Source: Methanobacterium sp.
Lineage (GTDB): Archaea; Methanobacteriota; Methanobacteria; Methanobacteriales; Methanobacteriaceae
Length of the DNA: 64,000 nt
Direction of reading: 5' to 3'
Assembly (NCBI GenBank): GCA_003151535.1
Contig: PLXT01000115.1
Coordinates: forward strand, 33,941-97,940
In this document: in pieces, positions 55,359 to 62,359 of the stretch
Position numbering within the stretch: position 1 is the stretch's first letter
Layout: every line of letters begins with the position of its first letter
The notes under the pieces: generated by a model
The model's database searches: none
Told to the model about the DNA's origin: nothing
Seen by the model: the letters and a program-made list of their open reading frames with translations, nothing else
Position numbers and translations under genes: made by a program

Positions 55359-55420
55359 GCTGGATTCGAACCAACATTGCCCGCTAAACGCGGGAGTTCT
55401 AGCCATTAAACTAATGCTTC
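55351..55420 (-). tRNA. tRNA with anticodon TTA (UUA; would read UAA) - candidate ochre-suppressor tRNA
   Basis: canonical cloverleaf: acceptor GAAGCAT/ATGCTTT, D-arm GTTT-AATGGCTA-GAAC, anticodon stem CCCGC/GCGGG with loop GTTTAGC, T-arm GTTGG-TTCGAAT-CCAGC. Confidence 0.45.
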
Positions 55421-55652
55421 TAACTGTTAGTATCACATCGGCAAACATAATACTAACAGAAAGGACTTCAGCCTTTAATGAGATTGCCGCCTCATGTATA
55501 GCTATACCTTTTTTGTGGAGGATAAGAAATATGATTTCTTCTGTTCTTCCTGATTGCAAATCAGGTGACCACACCTAGCAGTCCCATCCCCCATATTAAA
55601 ATGGTCCAATAAGTGATTAATTTATTGTTCGGTCATCAACCAACCATATTAG

Positions 55653-55726
55653 TAGCCCCACACGGAGTCGAACCGAAATTTACTCATGGAAAGTGAGTCG
55701 TCCTAAATCCATTAGACGATAGGGCC
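55653..55726 (-). tRNA. tRNA-Glu (anticodon TTC)
   Basis: D-arm GTCT...AGGAC as in bacterial tRNA-Glu; anticodon stem ACTCA/TGAGT, loop CTTTCCA. Confidence 0.5.
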
Positions 55727-55786
55727 ATATGATGTGTTAGGGCCAGCAACTAGCCCCATTCTCGGTGGACACATCAACCACACCTG

Positions 55787-55858
55787 TGGTACGGGTGAGA
55801 CTTGAACTCACAACGCCAGCCTCTTCAGGGCTGCGCTCTACATTGGAGCTACCGCACC
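55787..55858 (-). tRNA. tRNA-Phe (anticodon GAA)
   Basis: acceptor GGTGCGG/CCGTACC, D-arm GCTC/GAGC, anticodon stem CAGCC/GGCTG, loop CTGAAGA, T-loop GAGTTCAAGTCTC. Confidence 0.6.
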
Positions 55859-55996
55859 ATATAACGAAGGCATATCGGTCGTTCCCATTTTACTTTAACC
55901 CCTGCCATACTTTCTAAGTCGCTAAACTTATATCCTTTGAGATGTTAAAAATGATAAACAAATAATCTGCACACAATCATTTATTTATTTCGTTAG

Positions 55997-56067
55997 CGGA
56001 ATATCACGGATTCGAACCGAGAACATCTGATAGACAATCAGAGATTATACCATTTCACTAATATTCC
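55997..56067 (-). tRNA. tRNA-Asp (anticodon GTC)
   Basis: perfect acceptor GGAATAT/ATATTCC, discriminator G, anticodon stem TCTGA/TCAGA, loop TTGTCTA, T-loop GGTTCGAATCC. Confidence 0.5.
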
Positions 56068-56074
56068 ATTAAAA

Positions 56075-56110
56075 CAAAAAACCCTTCAACTTTTAGGCTG
56101 AAGGGTTAAT
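56075..56110 (-). terminator. hairpin plus U-tract between the promoter/small-ORF unit and the tRNA cluster
   Basis: 7-bp stem CCCTTCA/TGAAGGG followed by TTTTTTGTTTT on the minus strand. Confidence 0.45.
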
Positions 56111-56126
56111 CATTAGTTATATTCCG

Positions 56127-56210
56127 TTAACTTTTGACAAAACTCAGCCTTCTGGGACGATCCGCCTCAGTTGCAAAATTAAATTCAAATATGTTGTTAA
56201 CGTTTGTCAT
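56127..56210 (-). CDS. small ORF (27 aa, MTNVNNIFEFNFATEADRPRRLSFVKS) in the leader unit; N-terminus MxNxNNI shared with 60541..60618
   Basis: promoter 36 nt upstream; terminator-like hairpin downstream; conserved start with a second unit. Confidence 0.3.
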   Translation of the reverse strand: MTNVNNIFEFNFATEADRPRRLSFVKS

Positions 56211-56252
56211 TGTTTAATTGTTGTGAGACTATGTCTCGGTTTATAAATATAT

Positions 56253-56285
56253 GCAAATATACGAAAAGTTTCTATAAAAGCAAAT
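56253..56285 (-). promoter_or_regulatory. Bacteroidetes-type promoter (-33 TTTG / -7 TATATTTGC)
   Basis: reverse complement of gcaaatata (56253-56261) and caaa (56281-56284), 20-nt spacing. Confidence 0.55.
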
Positions 56286-56300
56286 ATTTTTTAAGTTTTT

Positions 56301-58091
56301 TTAATTTAAAAGATTCATTAAGGAATCCTTTGATAAGTTGGTTAAATCGATATCAGCATTTTCTTGGACTATATCAAACCCAGCATCTAATAATAGAATA
56401 TCCAATGGCAAGTAACAATCCAATGTTGATAATGCGTATTCTGTATACAGATCAGTTACATTATTGGTTGACACACGACCTTTACCAGTTCTGAACTGCG
56501 CCAATATAAACTTATTATTCGTAATAACACCCAAGCTTTTTTCCTTGGAATCCATTTCACAATCAACCATTACTAATACGTTGTTTGGGTCAACCATGTA
56601 ATTCCTTGATATGTTAATAATCTTTTCCTTGGCCAAGAAGAATTTGAATTTGCTGTTAGGCTGTCCATAATACAAATTAACTTTAACGATGCAAGGACCA
56701 AAATTATTGGATGTATAAAACAATTCTGTAGCTTCTGGTTCAGCAGATGTCATATCACCAGAATAAACGATGCTGCTATTAGCATTTTTATATGCCGAGT
56801 CCCATCCGTATTTCTGGCCATCTATTGACATCAAGCTCAAATCCAAGTCTCTCGCACCGTCCTTACCTTTCCAATTAATCCCAACGATGGCATCTTGATC
56901 AGCTAAGTCAAAGGAAGTACCTAATGGGTAGTTTCCAATGAAAGATTTTTCACTTGTTGGAAGCGTTAAGTTAACACCTTTTGGTAATGTTACTGAGCAA
57001 GCCTTCTTACTTAAGCTCTTAACCAAATCATTATAAATGAGCCAATACACACTTTTCAAATAAGACTCGTTATGCGTATTCTTCTGGACCTTGATATATA
57101 ATTTCTGGTTTCTAACCAAATATGCATTAATTTCCAATTCCTTTAACCTGATATTGATTGTTTGTAACAACAAAATCTTTTTAAAGTTTGTAATCTTGAG
57201 CAATTCCTTGTTTACATCACTTAGAGGTCTCTGATTTGTTAATAGACTTTCAAAAAAACCAACTTCCATTGGTTCATGAAATTTAACTGCTAACTTGCGT
57301 AATTTATTAATTATTTTAATATTGGATTTGTTAGCGCTCTTAAATGCAAGGAATAAAGGCTTGAACCTGTAAAACACGCTGGCTAAGTCTTCTACACCGA
57401 AGACAATAATAAATGTAGATACATCTAAACCAGAAAGTTTAATTTTACCTATTGTCGCTTTATCCTTAATCAATAAGGTTTTATCGGTGCATAGATACAC
57501 TAAAAAGCGAACAAGTTCAACGGCTTCTTTTGGAAGCGTAGCAGTTGTCTTATGTAAGAACATTTTTGCTTCCTTATTCTTAACTTTATTAATATCTGTT
57601 CTATGATTAAGCCAGTTTAAAATTGTTAAGATGTCCTCGATAGTTTCTTGTTTTAACGCAATACCACTACAAAGCATTTTTTCACAACGAACAATTAAAT
57701 CGCTCTTAGTGATAGGTGAAATCACTTTAAAAGTTGTAAACGCTGGAACATCAGCAATTTCAGTTGGAATATATGGCTCACCAGTGAAATTAGTGCCATA
57801 TGTCGAAGCATAATGCATCAACTGATCTTCAAATAATTCAAACCTACTTTTGCTGATAACTGAACTCCATTTCTTGTAAAAGGTAGAGCTATAATCAACA
57901 GCTTGTGATTTTAAATAATCTAAAATCACTGCGTTACACAACGCAGAGTGTACTAAATAACCAAGTTTAACAGCCTCTTTATTTACACCTGCAAAATCTG
58001 TTTTAGCATTATCTGGTACAGCTGAGTTAAACAGCTTAATTGTCAATGCGGAAATAGAAGTGTTGGTCGTAGTTAAAGCAGTCTTAGCCAT
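56301..58091 (-). CDS. large hypothetical protein (596 aa)
   Basis: long ORF with its own promoter and a 130-nt leader carrying direct repeats. Confidence 0.5.
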   Translation of the reverse strand: MAKTALTTTNTSISALTIKLFNSAVPDNAKTDFAGVNKEAVKLGYLVHSALCNAVILDYLKSQAVDYSSTFYKKWSSVISKSRFELFEDQLMHYASTYGTNFTGEPYIPTEIADVPAFTTFKVISPITKSDLIVRCEKMLCSGIALKQETIEDILTILNWLNHRTDINKVKNKEAKMFLHKTTATLPKEAVELVRFLVYLCTDKTLLIKDKATIGKIKLSGLDVSTFIIVFGVEDLASVFYRFKPLFLAFKSANKSNIKIINKLRKLAVKFHEPMEVGFFESLLTNQRPLSDVNKELLKITNFKKILLLQTINIRLKELEINAYLVRNQKLYIKVQKNTHNESYLKSVYWLIYNDLVKSLSKKACSVTLPKGVNLTLPTSEKSFIGNYPLGTSFDLADQDAIVGINWKGKDGARDLDLSLMSIDGQKYGWDSAYKNANSSIVYSGDMTSAEPEATELFYTSNNFGPCIVKVNLYYGQPNSKFKFFLAKEKIINISRNYMVDPNNVLVMVDCEMDSKEKSLGVITNNKFILAQFRTGKGRVSTNNVTDLYTEYALSTLDCYLPLDILLLDAGFDIVQENADIDLTNLSKDSLMNLLN

Positions 58092-58140
58092 AAGAAGATT
58101 TTTAAAAAAGGCGAATAGTAAGTTTACATTTAAATTGTTT

Positions 58141-58215
58141 GATAGGAACTATTTATGCCTTTATGTTGATTAACGAATAGTAAATTTCCAATTTTGATAG
58201 GAACCATTTATGTCA
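58141..58215. repeat. two about 22-bp direct repeats (tttgataggaacNatttatg) in the leader of 56301..58091
   Basis: direct reading; possible operator/regulatory sites. Confidence 0.5.
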
Positions 58216-58222
58216 ATCGTTT

Positions 58223-58256
58223 GCAAATATACAAAGTCTTTTTATTAAAAGCAAAT
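58223..58256 (-). promoter_or_regulatory. Bacteroidetes-type promoter (-33 TTTG / -7 TATATTTGC) for 56301..58091
   Basis: reverse complement of gcaaatata (58223-58231) and caaa (58252-58255). Confidence 0.5.
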
Positions 58257-58277
58257 ATTTTATTTTAAAAGTGAGAA

Positions 58278-59099
58278 TTAATTAAAATAATCTTCCAAGG
58301 AGCCGATTAATTTAACCATGTTGCAATTATAAAACCCAGCACTATTAATATTATTAATTTCAATAATTTTTAATTCATCATTGGCTAAACAAATATCCAT
58401 TACAAATGCTTCGGCTGGTTTATACTTATCAACCATTTTTTGAGCAAAGTCAATAAAAAATAGCTCATCGTCATAGTTCTTATAAACAATACGTGAACCA
58501 ATTTTATAAGAACTAGCTGTAACAACTTTACCACCAACAACCCAGCATCTTATCTCTTGTTGAATGTCTTTAACTGGGCTCACCAATACTTTTGTTTCTT
58601 CAGAAATTACCTTAACAAGATCGTTATCATTGCATAGTTTAATATAATCACCCCATTGTTTTTTAGAAAAAACAGTTCCAGAAAATACTTTACTATCTAA
58701 TGTTGGTCTAGAAAAAAAATGTTCATCGTCAAAGGGAATGGGATCAGTAAGATTAATTATATACCCATCACCATTTAACATATTTTCAAGACCATATTTT
58801 GACGCATAGATATTAAAATCATGATTTTCATTCAGCATCGAGCCTGGCTTCCAATTTCTCTTTGTAGCAGCAACTGACATTCCAACAGCACCAAAACAAA
58901 AAACATTATTATGAGTTGTTTCGTAAACTTTCAATACATGCTCTTTAGATGTGTCAGCTGAATCATACCATTCATAGATGTCCTCTGCAAAGGGGAGATA
59001 TTTCACTATATCATATTCAAACTTGAAACGATTCATTATATCTAACAGAAGTTCATAATGATGCTCCTTAAAAAGATTTTCTTGTATGACGTAAAACAT
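58278..59099 (-). CDS. ATP-grasp family enzyme (start trimmed to MFYVIQENLF...), paralogue of 8055..8854
   Basis: EIRCWVVGGKVVTASS matches the RimK-type ATP-grasp motif; the ORF-track N-terminus overlaps tRNA-Leu. Confidence 0.55.
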   Translation of the reverse strand: MFYVIQENLFKEHHYELLLDIMNRFKFEYDIVKYLPFAEDIYEWYDSADTSKEHVLKVYETTHNNVFCFGAVGMSVAATKRNWKPGSMLNENHDFNIYASKYGLENMLNGDGYIINLTDPIPFDDEHFFSRPTLDSKVFSGTVFSKKQWGDYIKLCNDNDLVKVISEETKVLVSPVKDIQQEIRCWVVGGKVVTASSYKIGSRIVYKNYDDELFFIDFAQKMVDKYKPAEAFVMDICLANDELKIIEINNINSAGFYNCNMVKLIGSLEDYFN

Positions 59100-59111
59100 A
59101 ATATTATTTTG

Positions 59112-59195
59112 TAGCCGCGAAAGGACTCGAACCTTCACGCTTTTAAGGGCGGCAGATTTTGAGTCTGCAGTGGCTACCAATTACACCACGCGGCC
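59112..59195 (-). tRNA. tRNA-Leu (anticodon CAA), type II
   Basis: 84 nt; acceptor GGCCGCG/CGCGGCT, D-loop AATTGGTAG, anticodon stem GCAGA/TCTGC, loop CTCAAAA, long variable arm. Confidence 0.55.
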
Positions 59196-59396
59196 ATTTA
59201 TTATTACAATGATTTCACGTGGTCTTACCAACGTTGCCTTTCCTGTAATTTCTTCTATTCTTTTCTTCGGAATATCATAATGATCTTTATGAAACCAGCA
59301 TTTCTTGATATTCAAATCATTTGCCATTACATGCAAATTTTCAATTGAATAAGGTTTACACACCAAATGTCTCATAGTATCATAATAATACTCCAT
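59181..59396 (-). CDS. small hypothetical protein (about 72 aa, start trimmed to MEYYYDTMRHLV...) between two tRNA genes
   Basis: the ORF-track N-terminus overlaps tRNA-Leu(TAG). Confidence 0.3.
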   Translation of the reverse strand: MEYYYDTMRHLVCKPYSIENLHVMANDLNIKKCWFHKDHYDIPKKRIEEITGKATLVRPREIIVIINGRVV

Positions 59397-59398
59397 AG

Positions 59399-59480
59399 TG
59401 ACCCTGACAAGCATCGAACTTGCATGCCTTGCGGCCTCCGTTTCTAGGACGGAGCTGTATCCCAATTCCAGCACAGGGCC
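59399..59480 (-). tRNA. tRNA-Leu (anticodon TAG), type II
   Basis: acceptor GGCCCTG/CAGGGTC, anticodon stem TCCGT/ACGGA with loop CCTAGAA (C33), variable-arm hairpin GCC-GCAA-GGC. Confidence 0.45.
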
Positions 59481-59484
59481 ATTG

Positions 59485-59608
59485 AGAAGGAAGCAGGTGT
59501 CGAACCTGCACAAGAACTAAGCGGCTAGCCCATTGCTGGGTTCAGGATGATAGTTACTCCCTCTTTTAACCGTCCACTGCGTGTACCAATTCCGCCATTC
59601 CTTCCTTC
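59485..59608 (-). ncRNA. 124-nt tRNA-like RNA: perfect 7-bp acceptor (GAAGGAA/TTCCTTC) and canonical T-arm enclosing a large non-canonical insert (intron-containing or aberrant tRNA, unassigned)
   Basis: T-arm GCAGG-TTCGACA-CCTGC; D-loop-like AATTGGTA near the 5' end; no canonical anticodon arm; packed 4 nt and 2 nt from neighbouring tRNA ends. Confidence 0.35.
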
Positions 59609-59610
59609 AG

Positions 59611-59722
59611 TAGGGCGAGAGGGAGTCGAACCCTCACGGGCATTTCTGCCCAATAGATTAACGGAGCGACGAATAGAAGACCCCGTTAAGTCTATCTCGG
59701 CTACCAATTACGACACCGCCCC
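59611..59722 (-). ncRNA. 112-nt tRNA-like RNA (Leu-like type II features; anticodon stem ATAGA/TCTAT enclosing a 13-nt loop CTTAACGGGGTCT and an extra 21-nt segment)
   Basis: acceptor GGGGCGG/TCGCCCT, D-loop AATTGGTAG, variable-arm hairpin GGGCA-GAAA-TGCCC, T-arm GAGGG-TTCGACT-CCCTC; too long for a standard tRNA. Confidence 0.35.
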
Positions 59723-59724
59723 AT

Positions 59725-60006
59725 TTACCAAATAATTTCTTGGTATGTATAGTTTCTAGAAGTATACTTCGTTATTTTAAACTTCAATGGTTTTTTCATC
59801 CATTGTTTTTTATTTTTAGAAACTAACTTCCAACTTGGATATTTAATATCCGCTTTACCGTTATATTCAGCTATACGGTAATAATTTTGTTTTTCTCTCT
59901 TAGAACATTTTATACAACATCCTGTAACACATTTAATGTGTAGAATGTTATGTGTTCTTCTGTGTGTGGTTTCATTTATAAAACCACGTTGTGTGTCTTT
60001 TCCCAT
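59725..60006 (-). CDS. Cys-containing basic protein (93 aa)
   Basis: ORF only. Confidence 0.35.
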   Translation of the reverse strand: MGKDTQRGFINETTHRRTHNILHIKCVTGCCIKCSKREKQNYYRIAEYNGKADIKYPSWKLVSKNKKQWMKKPLKFKITKYTSRNYTYQEIIW

Positions 60007-60052
60007 ATTGTATTAAGCATTTGAGCTTATTACAATTGGTCGGTAATCTTTT

Positions 60053-60268
60053 TCATTTGTGTTGTGTTTTACGATTATGTTTCCAAGAACGATACATTCG
60101 AACTTGGTAATTTAAAATTTGTTTCTTTTTCCATTTAGCTAATCCTCTAGACTTATGGTATACCATACCTTCATCCCAATAGGGGTCTAAAAAATTATCA
60201 TTTGTAACAATCCTGTATTCCTTATTACAAGTTGTTCTTTGGCTAATCTCACCTTTGAATGGTCGCAT
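60053..60268 (-). CDS. basic protein (71 aa)
   Basis: ORF only. Confidence 0.35.
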   Translation of the reverse strand: MRPFKGEISQRTTCNKEYRIVTNDNFLDPYWDEGMVYHKSRGLAKWKKKQILNYQVRMYRSWKHNRKTQHK

Positions 60269-60316
60269 ATATTAGGGTTTTTAACCTAATGCATGTCAAA
60301 CAATTTTTTCATGATG

Positions 60317-60388
60317 AATTTTTAGTAGTCCCTGAGAATTCTGAGATCTCGACCCTCGCCATGTAAAGACGATGCTCTTCCTCTGAGC
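60317..60388 (-). tRNA. tRNA-Val (anticodon TAC) with non-canonical T-loop
   Basis: acceptor GGTCCCT/AGGGACT, D-arm GCTC-AGAGGAA-GAGC, anticodon stem TCGTC/GGCGA, loop TTTACAT; T-loop CTCAGAA lacks TTCGA. Confidence 0.4.
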
Positions 60389-60405
60389 TAAGGGACCATA
60401 TTATT

Positions 60406-60476
60406 TTATACGTGAACTGGGTGTAATAATCGAAATTACGTAGCAAGATTTGCAGTCTTGAGCCTAACCACTCGGC
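60406..60476 (-). tRNA. tRNA-Cys (anticodon GCA)
   Basis: acceptor GCTGGGT/ACCCAGT, discriminator U, 3-bp D-stem GCC/GGC, anticodon stem CAAGA/TCTTG, loop CTGCAAA, T-arm GTAAT-TTCGATT-ATTAC. Confidence 0.5.
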
Positions 60477-60494
60477 CAACCCAGCATATAAACG

Positions 60495-60525
60495 AAAAAC
60501 CCAGCCTTTTAGAGCTGGGTTTTTA
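60495..60525 (-). terminator. hairpin plus U-tract between the promoter/small-ORF unit and the tRNA-Cys/Val pair
   Basis: AACCCAGC-loop-GCTGGGTT followed by TTTTCG on the minus strand. Confidence 0.45.
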
Positions 60526-60540
60526 ATTAGTTTGTATTAA

Positions 60541-60618
60541 TCAAACAAATAGCCCAGCAGTGCCTAGTAACACTAGTACACATAAACTAAGGACCAATAT
60601 GTTGTTAAAATTTTTCAT
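60541..60618 (-). CDS. small hydrophobic ORF (25 aa, MKNFNNILVLSLCVLVLLGTAGLFV) in the leader unit; N-terminus MxNxNNI shared with 56127..56210
   Basis: ATG about 9 nt downstream of the predicted TSS; terminator-like hairpin downstream. Confidence 0.3.
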   Translation of the reverse strand: MKNFNNILVLSLCVLVLLGTAGLFV

Positions 60619-60633
60619 TTCTAATAAATATAA

Positions 60634-60666
60634 GCAAATATACAAAAGGTTTTTTAAAAAGCAAAT
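60634..60666 (-). promoter_or_regulatory. Bacteroidetes-type promoter (-33 TTTG / -7 TATATTTGC)
   Basis: reverse complement of gcaaatata (60634-60642) and caaa (60662-60665), 20-nt spacing. Confidence 0.55.
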
Positions 60667-60700
60667 ATTATTTCAATAAATATTTACATGTTTTATTGAA

Positions 60701-61123
60701 ATGAGTATTTTAAATAAAAACATGAAAAAAGTATTTTTAGGTGGAACAACCAACAACTCTAACTGGAGGGACGAATTAATTAAAGATATAAAGATAGATT
60801 ATTTCAATCCTGTTGTTTCAAATTGGAATGAAGCCGCCCAAGAAAAGGAGATCGAAGAACGTAAGACGTGTGACTACGTATTGTACGTTATAACGCCCAA
60901 AATGGAAGGCGTCTATAGCATTGCAGAAGTTGTTGATGATTCAAATAAGCGCCCAGAAAAGACTCTATTTGCCTATATAAAGGAAGATGATAAGGAGTTC
61001 AGCAAACACCAAATTAAATCATTGGATATGGTTGGCAAAATGATTAAAGAGAATGGTGGAAAATGGTTTAAGAGTTTGGGTGAGGTGGCCGATTATTTAA
61101 ACTTTAAAAAAAATGAGCGTTAA
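60701..61123 (+). CDS. nucleoside 2-deoxyribosyltransferase-like protein (paralogue of 17634..18116)
   Basis: N-terminal VFLGGTTNNSNWRDELI resembles VFLAGTIEQGNSIDWQ of 17634..18116. Confidence 0.4.
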   Translation: MSILNKNMKKVFLGGTTNNSNWRDELIKDIKIDYFNPVVSNWNEAAQEKEIEERKTCDYVLYVITPKMEGVYSIAEVVDDSNKRPEKTLFAYIKEDDKEFSKHQIKSLDMVGKMIKENGGKWFKSLGEVADYLNFKKNER

Positions 61124-61440
61124 GGGATACGTATACCTATTGGTTGAAATAGATCATGAAGGCCAAGAAAACATAAAATAGGAATCAGCAAGAATCATCC
61201 AGACGAGCGCGTAAAGCAGTTAGCTACAGGAAACCCTAACGAAATTAGAGTTTTAAATTTTTATGAGAGTTTTGAATATAAGAAAATAGAAAAGATCTTA
61301 CACGCCAAATACAAAAGGCAACAAACCCTAGCCGAAAATGAGTGGTTTAAATTGTCAGACCCCCAAGTTTTATCTTTTATTGAAGAATGCAAAAAAACAG
61401 AAGGTGTTGTTAATGTTTTAAAAGATAATCCATTCTTTTA
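61113..61440 (+). CDS. T5orf172 / GIY-YIG-like domain protein interrupted by a -1 frameshift near 61178-61195 (pseudogene, recoding site or sequencing error)
   Basis: frame a gives MSVKGYVYLLVEIDHEGQENIK then a stop; the -1 frame continues KIGISKNHPDERVKQLATGNP...EWFKL...; the joined product matches the T5orf172 domain; A-rich run at the junction. Confidence 0.45.
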
Positions 61441-61539
61441 AATAAAACGACTAACTTTCTCAGCAATGTCTGCAGCTTTAACTAGTTCAACTAGGTCAGT
61501 TATTCCCACCTTATTATCAGCACCTGTGATTGTTAATTT

Positions 61540-61895
61540 ATTTATTTTCATAATATATCAATTAGTTTGTCCTGATGTTTCTATAGATGCTATCACTGAT
61601 AATTTTCATAATATCTCAATTAGTTTGTCATGATATCACCCTGATGTTATTATAGATGTTATTCTCGATGATATTACTGATGTTAATACTGATGTTAATA
61701 CAGGTATTAGCCCTGATGTTATTATAGATGTTATTCTCGATGTTAATACTGATGTTATTACTGATGTTAATACAGGTATTAGCCCTGATGTTATTCCAGA
61801 TGTTATTAGTGATGTTATCCCTGATGTTATCACTGATGTTATTCCAGATGTTATCACTGATAATTTTCATAATATCTCAATTACTTTACCGTAAA
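61540..61895. repeat. 12-bp tandem repeat array (about 19 units of NNtgatgttaNN with about 72-bp higher-order periodicity) flanked by three copies of an about 30-bp repeat (tgataattttcataatatctcaattagtttg)
   Basis: direct reading; the period is a multiple of 3 and is translated as tetrapeptide repeats. Confidence 0.85.
61628..61870 (-). CDS. tetrapeptide-repeat protein (NNIx)n encoded by the 12-bp repeat array (alternative frame gives (ITSG)n)
   Basis: ORF begins 4 nt inside the end of 61867..62181; which frame is expressed is unresolved. Confidence 0.3.
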   Translation of the reverse strand: MKIISDNIWNNISDNIRDNITNNIWNNIRANTCINISNNISINIENNIYNNIRANTCINISINISNIIENNIYNNIRVIS

Positions 61896-62181
61896 CTTGT
61901 TTTGTCCAACCATTAATGTGGCCTTTATTATTACCAATCTGACAACCCTTCACATCATTCTTAGCTTTAACCAAATGTGTAAAAAAACGTCCTCGACATT
62001 TACAATACACGATGTCACCTACCTCAACTTGTTCCCAAGTAGCTGGTGCCAACTTATGATCTTGTCCAGATTTTATAAGCGGCACCATTGAATTACCCTT
62101 CTCACTAGTAACAATGGTTTCTCCATTATTGAGCTTCTCTAATTTCCAATTCATGTTCAAACTTATTTTGAATATTATCAT
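61867..62181 (-). CDS. S24/S26-type peptidase-fold protein (LexA/UmuD/signal-peptidase-like, 104 aa)
   Basis: GNSMVPLIKSGQ (Ser nucleophile region) and VGDIVYCKCRGRFFTHLVKAK (Lys region). Confidence 0.45.
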   Translation of the reverse strand: MIIFKISLNMNWKLEKLNNGETIVTSEKGNSMVPLIKSGQDHKLAPATWEQVEVGDIVYCKCRGRFFTHLVKAKNDVKGCQIGNNKGHINGWTKQVYGKVIEIL

Positions 62182-62359
62182 TCATATCATCAAGAAAAAC
62201 ATCAAAGGTGTTATAAAGGATAAAATTAATAGAAGCAAAGGTTATATCTTTAATATGATCACTAATGTCATCGTATATATTAGATTCGACACTGATATAA
62301 ATTCTACCCGCTTTAAGCCTAATCCTTTTCATACACACTATTTTTAAGATATGTTTCAA
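62126..62359 (-). CDS. hypothetical protein (77 aa)
   Basis: ORF overlapping neighbours. Confidence 0.25.
   Translation of the reverse strand: MKHILKIVCMKRIRLKAGRIYISVESNIYDDISDHIKDITFASINFILYNTFDVFLDDMNDNIQNKFEHELEIREAQ

Noticed and set aside
55081-55578. Plus-strand ORFs 55081..55353 and 55357..55578
   Set aside because: They are antisense to the minus-strand gene 54879..55358 and overlap the tRNA at 55351..55420. There is no independent support, unlike the genuine plus-strand genes at 31519 and 60701.
59525-59735. ORFs 59525..59707 (-) and 59547..59735 (+)
   Set aside because: Both sit over the tRNA-like RNAs at 59485..59722. Their GC-richness and Arg/Gly-rich translation are typical of structured RNA read as protein.
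61540-61895. Possible CRISPR array suggested by regularly spaced short repeats
   Set aside because: The repeat unit is only 12 bp and contiguous with no unique spacers. The period is a multiple of 3 and is translated as a tetrapeptide-repeat ORF. No cas genes are present, so it is a coding minisatellite rather than a CRISPR array.
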